A DNA stretch of 64,000 nucleotides from Felis catus (taxonomy: Eukaryota): contig NC_058368.1 in assembly GCF_018350175.1 (NCBI RefSeq), forward strand, positions 49,477,815 to 49,541,814, read 5' to 3'. The position numbers were made by a program, and so were the translations under genes. Each line of letters opens with the position of its first letter. The first letter of the stretch is position 1. Below are positions 1 through 14,231 of the stretch, one piece after another. The notes beneath the pieces are model-generated. The model saw nothing but the letters and a program-made list of their open reading frames with translations. It had not been told where the DNA came from and made no database searches.

Positions 1-1109
1 AATGATTTACACCACCGGGATGAAACCTGACACTAGAGATAAAATGATATCCAGTGGGTACTGTTGTGAAATGGTCTGCTATGTCTTAGGGTTTAAAACT
101 GATTGCTCTGCTTTTCATGCTTTCTGCTTCTCTTAGTTTAAAATAGTTACAGTGCTAGGCTGCAGGTGTTTGCTCTTATGACACTTCAAAATCTATAAAT
201 GTTTCTTGAATTTGAAGAAAAATAAATCCCACAGAATGCTTAATCTGCAAAATGAGAATTGAAAAAAATTATAATTTGAGGTAGGAGTCCATTAAAGAGA
301 GACTTCTTTTGTTTCTTCCTCTCTTCCTCCCTCCCTTCCTTCCTTCTCTTCTTCCTTTCCTCCATCTTTCTCTTCTTTCTTTCTTACTTATATATTAGTT
401 GGAGAATAACTGTTTGTGGATTGGAGTTATGCCCTGTATTGGGAAAGTCATGAGGATGAACCCTCTGGGAACACAAATGAACAGCAAATTCTCATTCTTT
501 TGTATTTAGAGAAAACTGAACATAACTGCCATGGACTGGGATGTAAGGGTGAATCATTTTGTCTTTTGCCAGACTATTCCCTAGAAAAAGTAGAGATGTT
601 TTCTTTAAATGTGGAGTAGACTGTGATTCTGACAGGAGATCTAGTGCTGGATAACTAAAACTATATCACACGGACCACTGAACATTAGGGTTGTGTTAGC
701 TAGACCACTGTGGTAAGCCTTGCCCGTACTTTGAGAAAACTTACAGGAGGCAGCTTTGTTCAGCTTGGACCTTACAGAAGAGTTGAGCTTCAAAAAAAAA
801 AAAAAGGTATAGAACAACCCCAAGGTGACCTAAAGGGTCCTCATATTCCTCTGGATGAAACAAGATGTAGGCATATAAGACAAACAGCAGGCAGACAGGT
901 TACAGAACATATAGGTATTCCTTGGGGAATCCCTAGAAATTACTTAGTGAGAAAGCATCAAGAATAAATTCACTCTCTGGCACATATTTGCATGTGGGGA
1001 AATCACTGTTCAATCATTTTTAAAAGTGACCTGAATTTGCACACATAAGTACTGGAGTGAAACATGGTGATTACAGCTTATTTCTACTCATTCTTACCTA
1101 AGCCTTTTT

Positions 1110-3640
1110 CTTCTTAATTGACAGATTCTGTATTGAAAAGTATACACATCTTGAGTGTAAAATTTCTCAAATATGTACACATCCATATAACCATCACCTA
1201 GATTAAGATATAGGCTATTTCTGGCCAATTCTCCTTTATGTCCCAAAGGTAACCACTATATCAACTTCCATCACTACTGAGTAGCTCTGCCTGGTATTGA
1301 ATTTCATATAAATCAAATCATACAATATGTATTTTTTTGTGTCTGGCTCTTCTTGCTCCACAGTATGTCTATGAGATTCATTAGGTTATTGTGTTCTTTT
1401 TATTGCTATGAGACATTGCATTGTTTTGAGGATATCAAAATGCATTTATCTACTCTAACACTGATGGAAATTTGAATTGTTTTCATTTGGGGGGTATTAT
1501 AGATAATAGTACTATTCTTGTACATGTAGTTTGATGGATATTAACAGTCAACTTCTATTGGGTATATGCTCAGGATTGATGCTAAGGGTTGGAAGTAATG
1601 GACACGTTTAGCTTTCTTGAGACAGTTTTACAAAGTTGACTTAACAATTTACACTTCTACCACCCCCCTGGATGACTGTCAATACTTGCCAGTTCTCATT
1701 GTAGCCATTCTGCTTGGTATGTGCTAGTTTCAGATGGTATATATAAATTGAATTTGTTTGAATTTATGATATTGATAATCTTTTGGCAATGCTTCATTTA
1801 AACATCCTTTTTTGTGAAGTTACTGTTGAAGTTTTTTACTCATTTTTCTTATTGATTTGTTAGAGGTGATGTAGGATGGATGGATAGATAGGTAGATATT
1901 GGGAAATGACATTTAACAATAGATATATCTAACACTATGTATTACTAATGTCTTCTAGTATTTGACTTGCCTTGTCACTCTCTGTGTTTCAATTAACCAA
2001 AATGCTTAATTAATGAAGTCCAATTTATCAATATATTCTATTGTGAATAGGATATTTTGTAAATTTAGATACTTTTATTTAAGTTCAGGAATGTATATTA
2101 CTTTAGAAGTTTCATTGCTTTCTATTTCACGTTTAGGTCTATAATACATCTCACATGAATCTTTGCATCTGATGTGAGATGGGGGTCAGTGTCAATTTTT
2201 TCTCCATATAGTTATCCAGTTGGCCTAGCACCATTTACTGAAAAGGCTATATTACCACACTACCTTCCTCCCACAAATTGCAGTGGTTCCTCTGTCATAA
2301 ATCAGATGACCATGTATGTGTAGATCTATTTCTGAGCCAATACTTTCTTCATTTCTCCAACTATGTAATGAACAAATCTTAATATCTGCTAGTGTAAGTT
2401 GTTCACTTTTATTCTTCTTCAAGTTTGCCTTGGCTATTCCAGGTCTTTGAATGTCTAAATGTATTTTAGAATTAGAATCTCAATATGATACATGCAAAAA
2501 ACCACTGATATTTCTAATGGGTATTATTGAACCTATAAGTCAATTTAGGAAAACTTGCTATCTTTACAACATCGAATCTTCATAAAACAGGGCAAGTTCT
2601 TCCTTTTAATCAGATCATCTTAATTCCTCTTCTCAATGTAGTTTGCAATAGAGATGTCTTGTGTCTCTTTCCTTAGACCTAAGTTCTAAATATTTTGACA
2701 TTTTTATTAGATTTGTTCCTAAATACTAAACATTCTCGCTATTTTTAATTGTTTGATGCTAGGTTATAAAAATAAAATTGATTTTTGTATATTGATGTTG
2801 TATCCAGCAATCTTGCTAAATTCACTTAATAGTTCTATTAATTTGCAGAGTCTTTTGAATTTATATGTTTTGCATTTTGTATGTAATGATGTCATCTGCC
2901 AATAATGATGGTGTTCTTTCTTCCCAATTTTTACACATCTTATTATTCTTTATAGCCTTGTTGCATTAGATGGGATCCCTAATACATTGTTCAACAGAAC
3001 TAGAGACAATGGACATCCTTGTCTTGCTCCTGAACTAAGAGGCAAGCAATCAATATTTTACCATTTAACACTGACTTATATAAATACATGTTATCAGACT
3101 TAGAATGTTATTTTTTATTTATAGATTAATAAACTTTTTAAAAATAATAAATGTTAAATTAAAATAATGCTTTTTCTGCATAAATTGAGACAATCATATA
3201 GTGTGCTTTTCATTTTTGTACTAATGTGGAAAATTACATTGACTGATGTGTAACACTTAAATCAACTTTATGAAACATCGACATTTATGGAACAAGCCCC
3301 ACTAGATCATGGCATAATTTGCTACTAATATATCATTGGAATTCATTTGTTAATGTCTTTTTAGTATTATTTGTATGTGTCTATATTTGTAAAAGAAATT
3401 ATCCAGTAATTTTCCATTTGTAATGTCATCATCAGGTTTTTATTACAATGTTACACGGGACACACAAAATTAGTTGTGAAGTACTTCCTTTTCTATTTTT
3501 CTGAAAGAAGTTTTGCATAACTGATACTCTTCCTTTTTCAAATATTTAAAAGCATTCACCAGTGAAAGTACCTGGGCGTAGAGTTTTTATTGTTGTTCTT
3601 CATGCTGTTTCTTTCACAAAAAATTTTTTAAGCTAGAGAT
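1110..3640 (-). mobile_element. Old degraded L1M (3' end plus ORF2 remnant)
   Basis: T-rich antisense L1 ORF2/3'UTR motifs, e.g. ggacatccttgtcttgctcctgaact near 3011 and ccagttggcctagcaccatttactgaaaagg near 2216; boundaries approximate. Confidence 0.7.
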
Positions 3641-3679
3641 TTGTTATTTTAAAAACAAACATAGAAAAATTCCATTTCT

Positions 3680-4258
3680 AACCCAGTGTTTGCATTACTA
3701 GGTATTTATCCAAGGATACAAAATAGTGATTCGAAGGGGCACATGCACCACAATGTTTACAGCAGTTTGTTTATATATAACGGAATGTTTATAGCAGCAC
3801 TATCCACAATAGCCAAAATATGGAAAGACCCCACACATCCATCAACTGATGAATGGATAAAGAAGATGTGGTCTATATACACAATGGAATATTATTCAGC
3901 CATCAAAAAGAATTAAATTTTGCCATTTGCAACAGTGTAGATGCAGCTAGAATGTATTATGCTAAGCAAAATAAGTCAATCAGAGAAAGACAAATACCAT
4001 ATGATTTCACTCATATGTGGAATTTAAGAAATAAAACATGAACATATGGGGGGAGGGAAACAAACCACAAGAGACTCTTAACAATACAGAACAAAGGGAG
4101 GGGTAATGGAGGAAGGTGGGTGGGAGATGGGCTAGACGGATGATGGAGGGCACTTGTGATGAGCACCAGGTGTTGTATGTAGTGGTGAATCACTGAATTC
4201 TACTCATGAAACCAATATTGCACTCTATGGTGACTAACTAAAATTTAAATACATTTTT
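3680..4258 (+). mobile_element. 5'-truncated carnivore L1 (ORF2 C-terminus + 3'UTR)
   Basis: ORF 3686-3916 has the L1 ORF2 end (MFIAALSTIAKIWK...DEWIKKMW...MEYYSAIKKN); perfect 15-bp TSD AAAAATTCCATTTCT at 3665-3679 and 4259-4273. Confidence 0.92.
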
Positions 4259-4514
4259 AAAAATTCCATTTCTGGTAACTGTCATATAAGTTCCTATCAG
4301 ACTGACCCTCTTATAGATAACAATTTTAACCTCTGGAGAAAATACAACAAAAACACAATTACTTAAAAGTATTAGAGACAGAACGAAAGCAGCATATTTA
4401 AGAGGAAAGTTGATATTTAGAAGATGGGAATAATATATGGTATTTCACTACTTTTTTTACAGCCAAAATGCAGAGGAGGCTACAATTGGCATTCCAGGTG
4501 GTGGCCAAACTCCA

Positions 4515-4586
4515 ATAAAAAACTAGCAGAAGGAAGGAAATAATGAAGATTAGAACAGAAATAAATGATATAGAAACTAAAAAAAC

Positions 4587-4620
<34 letters not shown>

Positions 4621-7600
4621 CCCACAATATAACAGATCAATGACACTCGGAGCTGGTTCTTTGAAAAAAATCAATAAAATTGATAAACCCTTAGCCAGAC
4701 TTATCAAGGAAAAAAGAGAGGACACGAATAAAATTACAAATGAGAGAGGTGAAATAGCAACTGACACCACAGAAAATAAAAACAACCATAAGAGAATATT
4801 ATGAAAAACTATTTGCCAACATATTGGACAATCTAGAAGAAAGAGATAAATTCCTAGAAACATATAAACTACTGAAACTGAAACAGGAAGAATTAGAAAA
4901 TTTGAACAGACTGATAACCAGAAAAGAAACTGAGTCAGTAATCAAAGAACTCCCAACAAATAAAAGTCCAGGACCAGATGGCTTTACAGACAAATTCTAC
5001 CAAACTTTTAAAGAATAATTAATACCTATTCTTAAACTATTCCAAAAAGTAGGAAAGGAATGAAAAGTTCCAAATTCATTCTATGAGGTCAGCATTACAC
5101 GGATAGCAAAATCAGATAAAGACATCACACACACACACGCAAAAACCAAACAAAAAAACCAAAAAACTATTTACCATTATCTTTATGAACATAGATGCAA
5201 AAATACTCAAATTATTAGCAAACTGAATCCAACAACACATTAAAAATAATTCACCACAATCAAGTGGTATTTATTCCTGGGATACAGGGTGGCTCAATAT
5301 TCACAAATTAATCAGTGTGATACATCACATCAATAGAAGAAAGAATAAGAACCATATGATCAATTCAATATATGCAAAAAAGCATTTGACAAAGTACAAC
5401 ATCTACACATGATAAAAACCCTCAACCACCAGGTTCAGAGGGAACACACCTCAACATAATAAACGTCATATATAAAAAACCCACAGCTAACATTACCCTC
5501 AATGGGGAAAAACTGAGAGCTTTTCCCCCAAGGTGAGAAACAAGACAGGGATGTCCACTCTCACCACTTTTATCCAACCTAGTACTGGAAATCCTAGCCA
5601 CAACAGTCACACAACAAAAGGAAATAAAACGCATTGGTAAAGAAGAAGCAAAACATTAGCTATTCATAGATGACATAATACTCTCTATAAAAAACCCAAA
5701 AGACTCCATCAAAACAACTGCTAGAACTAACAAATGAATTCAGTAAAGTGCAGGATACAAAATCAATGTGCAGAAATCTGTTGCATTTCTATATGCTAAT
5801 CATGAAGTAGCAGAAAGAGAAATTAAGAAAACAATCCCATTTGCAATTGCACCCAAAATAATAAGATACCTAGGGATAAACCTAACCAAAGAGATGAAAG
5901 TCCTGTACTCTGAAAATTATAAAACACTGATGAAAGAATTGAAGATGACATAAAGAAATGGAAAGACATTCCATGCTCATGGAGTGGAAGAATAAATATT
6001 GGTATAATGTCCATATGACCCAAAGCAATCTACACATTTAATTCAATCCCTATCAAAATACCAACAGCATTTTTCACAGAACTAGAATAAACAATCTTAA
6101 AGTCTGTATGGAAACAAAAAAGACCCCAAATAGCCAAAGCAAATTTGAAAAAAAAAGCAAAAAAACAAAACAATGCTGCAGACATCACAATTCTGAACTT
6201 CAAGTTATATTACAAAGCCGTAGTCATCAAAACAGAATGGAACTAACACAAAAATAGAGACATAGATACATGGAACAGAATAAAAAATCCAGAAATAAAC
6301 TCACAATTATATGGTCAATTAATCTTTGAGAAAAGCAGGGAAGAATATGCAATGGGAAGAAGGCAGTATCTTCAACAAATAGTATTGGGAAAACTGGACA
6401 GCAATATGCAAAAGAATGAAACTGGACCATTTTTTATACCATACACAAAAATAAATTCAAAGTGGATTAAAGACCTAAATATGAGACCTGAAACCATAAA
6501 AATCCTAGAGGAGAATACAGGCAGTAACCTCTTTGACATTGGCCATAGCAACTGTTTTCTAGATAGGTCTCCTGAGGCATGGGAAACAAGGTAACAATAA
6601 ACCATCAGGACTACATAAAAATTAAAAGCTTCTGCACAGTGAAGAAAACAATCAACAAAACTAAAAAGCAACCTATGGAATGGGAGATGATATTTGCAAA
6701 TGACATATCCAATAAAGCGTTAGTATCCTACATATATAAAGAAATTATAAAACTCAACACCCAAAAAACAAATATTCTAATTGAAAATGGGCAGAGAGAC
6801 CTTTCTCCAAAGAAGACATAAATATTGCCAACAAACACATGAAAAGATGCCAGTCATCACTTATTATCAGGGAAATGCAAATCAAAATTACAATAGGATA
6901 TCACCACGCACCTGTCAGAATGCTTAAAATCAACAACACAACAGGTGTTGGTGAAAATGTGGAGAAAAAGGAACCCTTGTGCACTATTAGTGGGAATGCA
7001 AACTGGTGCAGCCACTGGGGAAAACAGTGTGGAGGTTCCTCAAAAAGTTAAAAATAGGGGCACCTGGTTGGCTGTTGGTTAAGCATCTGACTTAGGCTTA
7101 GGGCATAATCTCATGGTTCATGAGTTCAGGCCCATGTCAGGTTCCATGCTGACAGTGCAGAGCCTGCTTGGGATTCTCTCTCTCTTTCTCTCTGTCCCTT
7201 CCCTGCTTGTGCTCTCTCTCTCTCTCTCTCTCTCAAAATAAATAAAAACTTTAAAAAAAATAGAACTACCTTTTATCCAGCAATCGCATATTTACCCAAG
7301 GAATACAAGAACACTAATTCAAAGAGATACAAGCACCCCTATGTTTATAGCAGTATTGTTTACAATAGCCAAGATATGGAAGCAGTGCAAGTATCCATCA
7401 ATTGATGAGAGGATAAAGAAAAAAATGGTATATATACACAATGAAATATTATTTACCTATAAAAAGGAATGAAATCTTGTCATTTGCAACAATGGGGATA
7501 GAGTTACAGAGTATAATGCTTACCAAAATAAATCAGTCAGAGGAAGACAAATACCATATGATTTCATTCATATATGGAATTTAAGAAACAAAACAAACAA

Positions 7601-7805
7601 GCAAAAAGAAAAAAAAATAAGAGAGAAATCAAGAAACAGTCTCTTAATTATAGACAGCAAACTGATGGTTACCTGAGGGATGGGTTAAATAGGTGATGGG
7701 GATTAAAGAGTGCACTTGTGATGAGCACAGGGTGATGTATGAAATTACTGAAATCACCTGAAACTAATATAACACCTTATGGTAACTAACTGGAATTATA
7801 ATAAT
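4515..7805 (+). mobile_element. About 3.3-kb 5'-truncated carnivore L1 with disrupted ORF2 (RT to C-terminus) and 3'UTR
   Basis: ORF fragments 4824-5018 ([12 protein letters not shown]...KSPGPDGFT), 5768-5953 and 6579-6821; FIDD (FADD-like) motif near 5663; many stops and frameshifts. Confidence 0.92.
7057..7256 (+). mobile_element. CAN-SINE inserted in L1
   Basis: ggggcacctgg head, (CT)n tract, A tail; aaaaatag duplicated at both ends. Confidence 0.9.
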
Positions 7806-8090
7806 AACTTCTCTCGTCTAAAGACTCAGAGAACAGAATTCCTTGCTGGAAAATTCTAGAAAGGTCTATTCAAAAAAAGGGAGTCCTAAATTCTGGGTAT
7901 ATCCAAATATCTGGCTGAACCATAAAAAAAAAAGCATATATAGAGAAGACTCAATGAAAACCAGATGAAGATAAAAGAACTTAACTGAGACTTAAGCTGT
8001 TGTCAAAGACACAGTATTCCAGTTTGAATCCAGCGAAGTTTAATGTCTAATTAAAAAAAAGCACTCTTCAGAAGTATGTAAATGAATCTT

Positions 8091-8286
8091 GGGGCTCCTC
8101 GGTGGCTCAGTTGGTTGAGCATCCAACTTCAGCTCAGGTCATGATCCTGCCCCACATTGGGCTCTGTGCTGACAGCTTGGAGCCTGGAACCTCCTTCAGA
8201 TTCTGTATCTCCTTCTCTCTCTGCCCCACTCCCCCACTCTCTGTCTCTCTCTCTCTCTCAAAAATAAATAAACATTAAAAAAATTT
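8091..8286 (+). mobile_element. CAN-SINE
   Basis: tRNA-derived head, CT tract, aaaaataaataaacatt tail. Confidence 0.9.
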
Positions 8287-8872
8287 AAAGTATATTAACT
8301 GAATCTAAAATGTCCACTACATAACATTCATAATGTGCAGTGTACAACCCTAAGTCACTTAACATACGAAGAACCAAGAAAATATGACCCATTCTCAAAA
8401 GAAAAGATATTTAACAGAAATAAACCCTAAGATGATCCAGAAGTTGTATTTGGCAGATAACTATATTAAAGCAGCTATGAGAAGTATGCATAATGACATA
8501 AAGAAAAATAAGCTCAAGAAAGAAATAAGAATTATAAAAAATGAATCAAATGAAAATTCTAGAACTGAAAACATAATATATAAAATTTTGAAAATGCACT
8601 GGATTGACTTGTTGATATATTTGAGATGACAGAGACAAATCTCAGTTAAATTGATAATAAAGATGTAGCAATGATCCAATCTGAAAAATAACTAGGTTTT
8701 TAAAATGAATAGACATATATAATATAAATGATTTATATATATTTATTATATATTAATTATATAATATAAAATGATCTAACATATATGTTTAAATAGAGTC
8801 CCAGAACACGAAAGAAAGATGGGACAGAAAACCTATATAAAAATAAATGGATGGAAGAAAGATACATGCAAA

Positions 8873-9461
8873 GTATATTAGTTTATTTGCTTTTTAAATT
8901 TCTGCATAGCAAATTACCACAATCTTAGCAGCTTAAAACAATGCACGTTTCCTATCTCATGGTTTCTTTAAGTCCAGGCAGGCTCGACTGGATTCTTTGT
9001 TCAGGGTCTCACAAGGCCAAAATCAAGTTATCCAGGCTAGGCTCTAATTTGGAGACTCCAAGGGGAATCTGTGATCAAGCTTATGCAGGTGGTTGGCCAC
9101 ATTTGGTTTTTTGCATCTGTATGACAGAGGTCCCATATTCCTTCTGGTTGTCAACTGGAGGTCACTTTCAGCAACGTGAGGCCTCCCTCAGATCCTTCCA
9201 TGTGATTCTCTTCATCTCAGCAATGGAGAAACCTCTTCACGTCAAAACCCCCTTATACTCCCAATCTCTCTGATTTCTGTGATCAGCCAGAGAAAGTTGT
9301 CTGCATCAATCAGCTCATGTTATTATATCAGGCCCACTCCAATAATCTCCTTTTTTCTATATAATATATCATATTCATGGGAATTATATCTCATCATATT
9401 CACAATCCTAAGGACCAGGACAATAAATCTTAGGAGACCATCTTGGGAATCTCTCTGACAC
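8873..9461 (-). mobile_element. MaLR solo LTR (MLT1D/E-like)
   Basis: aaattaccacaatcttagcagcttaaaaca matches the reverse complement of the MLT1 3' terminus as I recall it. Confidence 0.75.
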
Positions 9462-9757
9462 AAAGTAAGTATAAGAAGGCTGGGGTGATTGTATCAAAAT
9501 CTGATACAGTAGATTGTAGAGACAAAAAGATAAGTTTAATAATGATAATAGAGTAAATTTAAAAAAAGAAATAATAATTGTAAATGAATGTATACCCAAT
9601 AACAGAGCTTCAAAACATATGAAGAAAAAATTGACAGAATTAAGGGGGAGAAATAGGCAAGACCAAAAGCATAGCTGGCAATTTTAATGCCCCTCTCTCA
9701 TAAAACAATAAAATAATTTGAAAAAATTCAATAAGATATAGAAAACTCAACAACACC

Positions 9758-9941
9758 TGGGCACCTGGGTGGCTCAGTTGGTTGAGTGTCTGATTCCTGA
9801 TTTCAGCTCAAGTCATGATCCCAAAGTCATGGGATTGAGCCCTACTTTGGGCTCTGCACTGAGCATGCAGCCTGCTTAAAATTCTCTCCCTCCCTCTCTG
9901 CCCCTCTCCCCCACTCATGCTCTCTCTCTTAAAATAGTTAG

Positions 9942-9970
<29 letters not shown>
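9758..9970 (+). mobile_element. CAN-SINE
   Basis: TSD aact(c/g)aacaacacc at 9744-9757 and 9971-9984; (TAAA)n tail. Confidence 0.9.
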
Positions 9971-9972
<2 letters not shown>

Positions 9973-10039
9973 CTGAACAACACCATTAACACCTGGACCT
10001 AATGGATGCTTAGAGAGTACCACTCCTAATAATAATAAT

Positions 10040-10246
10040 AATTTTATTTTTTTAATGTTTATTCATTTTTGAGAGAGAGAGACAGAGAGTGCCAGTGAGG
10101 GAGAGGCAGACAGAAAGGGATACAGGATCCAAAGTGGGTTGTCTGCTGACAGCAGTCAGTCCAATTCAGGGCTCAAACTCATGAACTATGAAACTATGAA
10201 GTGAGCTGAAGTCAGATGCTTAACCAATTGAGCCACCAGGAACCCC
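10040..10246 (-). mobile_element. CAN-SINE
   Basis: reverse-complement SINE body and tail. Confidence 0.85.
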
Positions 10247-10374
10247 AAATTACACATAATTTTAAAGGGTACAGAGTATATTAACCAAGCTAGACAATAT
10301 GTTAGGCCATAAAACAAGTTCAAATTTAAGAGGATTATAATCATATATTCATATTTCTCATGATGAGAATTAAA

Positions 10375-12666
10375 GTAAAAATAAAAAGGAAGATACATCA
10401 CATTAACAAGATAAAGGATAAAAACCATATAACCATCTCAATAAATGCACATAAAGCATTTAAAAAAGTACAAGAAACATCCATTTATGATAGAAACTCT
10501 CAACAAAGTAACTTTAGAGGGAACATATATCAATACAGTAAAGGCCATATATGAAAATCCACAGCTAACATCATATCAATGGTGAAAAGCTTAGAGCTTT
10601 TCCTTTGAGATCAAGAACAAGACAGGATGTCCACTATCACCACTTTTATTCAACATAGTACTAGAAATCCTAGCCATAGAAATTAGACAAGAAAATGGAA
10701 TAAAAGCCATTCAAACTGGTAAAGAAGAAATAAAATTTTCACTATTTGTAGATAACATGATACTATATAGAGAAAACCCTAAAGAACTCCACCAAAAAAC
10801 TACTAGAATTGATAAATGAATTCGGTCAAGTCACAGGATAGAAAATTAATATACAGAAATCTGTTTCTAATACTTCTAATATTTCACTAACAATGAAGTA
10901 ACAGAAAAAAATTAAGAAAACAATCTCCTTCTCAAAAAAATCCATGACCTGTACACATATGATGAGCAAATTTTGTAGTATGTCAATTCTACTTCAATAA
11001 AGCTTTGTGTACCATAAAATATTCCATCTACAACTGCACCAAAAAGATAAACTTAACCAAAAAGGTGAAACACCTGTACTCTGAAAACTATAAAACACTG
11101 ATGGAAGGAATTGAAGATGACACAAACAAATAGAAAGAAATTCTATGCTTGTTAAAATGACCATGCTACTTCAAAGCAATTTACAGCTTCAATGCAATCC
11201 CTATCAAAATACCAACACTATTTTTCACAAAACTTGTACAAATAATCCTAAAATTTGTATGGAATCACAAAAGATTCTGAACAGCCAAAGCTATCTTGAA
11301 AAAGAAGAACAAAACTGGAGGTATCACAAACCCAGATGTCAAGATAAACTACAAATCTCTAGAAATCAAAACAGTATGGTACTGGCACAAAAATAGACAC
11401 ACACATCAACAGAACAGAATAGAGAGCCCTTAAATAAACCCATGATTATATGGTCAATTAATCTACTTCAAAGGAAGCAAGAATATACAATGGGGAAAGG
11501 CAGTATCTCCAACAAATGGTGCTGGGAAAACTGGACAGCTACATGCAAAAGAATAAAAGTAGACCATCCACAAAAATAAACTCAAATGGATTAAAGACCT
11601 AACTATGATACCTGAAACCATGTAATTCCTAAAAGAAAACATAGGTAGTAATTTCTTTGACATCAGCCAGAGACCATTTTTTTCTGGTTATGTTTCCTCA
11701 GGCAAGGAAAACATAATTAAAAGCAAAATTAAACTACAGGGATTATACCAAAATAAAAAGCTTTTGCATACTGAAGGAAAGCATCAACAAAACAAAAAGC
11801 AACCTGTTGAATGGGAGAAGTCATTTGCAAATGATATATCTGATAAGGGGTTAATATCCAAAATATATAAAGAACTTACATAACACCAAAACAACAACAC
11901 AAACCCACAAATAATCTGATTACAAATAGGTGGAGAACCTGAATAAACATTTTTCCAAAGAAGACATATAGATGACCAACAGACATATGTAAAGATGTTC
12001 CACATCAGTAATCATCAGGGAAATGCAAATTAAAATCACGATGAGATATCACTTTATACATGCCAGAATGGTTAACATCAAAAACACAAAACATAACAAG
12101 TGTTGACGAGGATGTGAAAAAAAAAAAAAGGAACCCTCATGCACTGTTTGGTGGAAATGTAGATTCACGCAGGCACTGTGGAAAACAATATGAAGTTTCC
12201 TCAAAAAATTAAAAATAAAATTACCATATCATCCCATAATCTCTCTACTGGGTATTTACCCAAAGAAAATGAAAACACTAATTAGAAACATATATGCACT
12301 CCTTTGTTTATCACAGTGTTACTTGTAGTAACCAAGATATGGAAGCAACCCAGTGTCCATCAACAGTCAACGGATAAAGAAGATATGGTGTGTGTGTGTG
12401 TGTGTGTGTAAACACTCATATACAATGAAATATTACCCTGCCATAAAAGAGAATTAAATCTTGCCATTTTCAACAACATGGCTGGACCTACAAAGCATAA
12501 TGCTAAGTGAAATAAGTCAGTCAGAGAAAGACAAATAACATATGATTTCATTAATATGTGGAATTTAAGAAACAAAACAAAAGAAGGAAAGGAAAGAAAG
12601 GGAAGGGAAGGGAAGGGAAGGGAAGGGAAGGGAAGGGAAGGGAAAGGAGAAAGAAAAGAAAGAAAG

Positions 12667-12733
<67 letters not shown>

Positions 12734-12955
12734 GAAAGAAAGGAGACAAAAATAAAAAATCCTTTTTTAAATTGAGAGGACAAACTGATGACTGCCAGAG
12801 GGGAGGTGGATGGGGGTATGGGTGAAATAGATAAAGGAGATTAAGAGTACATTTCTGTTGATAAGCACTGAGAAAAGTAAAGAGTTGTATCATTATATTG
12901 TACACTTGAAACTGATATGATGCTGTATGGTAATTATACTTGAATTTAAAAATTA
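10375..12955 (+). mobile_element. About 2.6-kb 5'-truncated carnivore L1 (ORF2 RT to C-terminus + 3'UTR)
   Basis: colinear with the L1 at 5320-7800 (RT region, FVDN for FADD near 10745, 3'UTR). Confidence 0.88.
12581..12745 (+). repeat. (GGGAA)n/(GAAA)n compound microsatellite in the L1 3'UTR
   Basis: seen directly. Confidence 0.95.
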
Positions 12956-12959
12956 TGAG

Positions 12960-14215
12960 AAAGAAAATATATAGGAAAACATAAGTTGGAAATGAAACAG
13001 TATGCCTGTAAATAATCCATGTGTTAAAGAAGAAATCACAATAGAAATCATAAAAAGTTTTGAACAGCATGATGATGAAAATACAACATATCAGAATGTG
13101 TGTATCTGAAAGAAAATATATAGCTTTAAATGATTATATCAGAAAATCAGAAAAGTCAAAAAAATCTATGACCTAAAATTCTATCTGAAGAAGCTGGAAA
13201 ATAGCAAAGAAAACCCAAAGTAAAAAACATGGAAATAATTAAAATAAGAGCAGAAATCAATGAAATGGACAACAGACATGCGATAGACAAAATTAACAAA
13301 TTCCAAAGCTGGTTCTTTGAAAAGATCAACAAAATATTTTCTAAAAAAAAAAATCTTAGTTACACTGATCATAAAAAAAGAACACAAATCACTAATATTA
13401 TGAATAAAAGGAGAAGTTATCATTACAGTTATAAAAGTTATCATTACAGAATAAAAGGAGAAGTTATCATTACACTACAATCATTAAAAAATAAGGATCC
13501 TATGAATAATTTTGTGCTAACAAATTCAACATGTCCTCTGAAAAATGCAATTTAAGTAAATTGACACAAGATGAAAGAAACTTTTAATAGCCCCATATTG
13601 ATTTTAAAAATTGAATTTATTTTTTTTAAGCTTCCTGTAAAGGAAGATCCGGGCCTACATGATTTCACTGATGAAACCTAACATTTAAGAAAGAAACAGC
13701 ATTGATATTATGCAAACTTTTTCAAGAATTAGGGAAGGAGTAAAGATGGCTTAATTTGCTTTCCGAAGTCAGGATAATCCTAATACCAAAACCTGAAAGA
13801 AAGCATTACCAAAAATAAAAAAATAAAAATTACAGATCAGTATCACTCACAAACATAGACATAACATCCTTAATGCTAGCAAACTGAATCCAGCAATATA
13901 TAATACCAAAAAAAAACCAAAAAACAAAAAACAAAAACACAATGACCAAGTCCCATTTATTCTAGTAATGCAATTGAATTAACATTAAAAATCAATGTGC
14001 TTCATCTTATTCAGAGAATGGAGAATACCCATATGATCATTCTCATAATGGTAAAGAAAGCATTTGATAAGATTAAACACATTTTCATGGTTTTTTTAAA
14101 AATTCCCAGAAAACTGATAACATAAATGATTTTTTAAAAATGTTAAGGCATTTAACCAAAAAAAAAATAGTGAAATAGTGAATGTTTTATTTGAAATAGG
14201 AACAAAACAAGTCTG
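12960..14215 (+). mobile_element. Old L1M ORF2 remnant (continuation of 7810-10372)
   Basis: ORF 13229-13555 EIIKIRAEINE...KINKFQSWFFEKINK is L1 ORF2-like. Confidence 0.8.
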
Positions 14216-14231
14216 ATGCCCAAGTCACCAG

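Larger units (their letters stand above)
7810..10372 (+). mobile_element. Old L1M (ORF1 region into ORF2 endonuclease), interrupted by younger elements
   Basis: ORF1-like fragment 8384-8629; endonuclease-like DNA 9590-9750 and 10250-10370; resumes at about 12960. Confidence 0.6.

Noticed and set aside
1098..1127. Minus-strand 30-nt exon-like segment with a GTAAGA donor
   Set aside because: The acceptor lies at the edge of an old L1 and the phase-0 frame ends in a stop; likely a pseudo-exon.
4515..7805. Possible active L1 or domesticated reverse transcriptase
   Set aside because: 5'-truncated, fragmented by stops and frameshifts, and interrupted by a SINE.
12360..13070. 236-aa ORF, the longest in the track
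   Set aside because: Antisense L1 3'UTR plus a stop-free microsatellite (FLSF repeats); not a gene.
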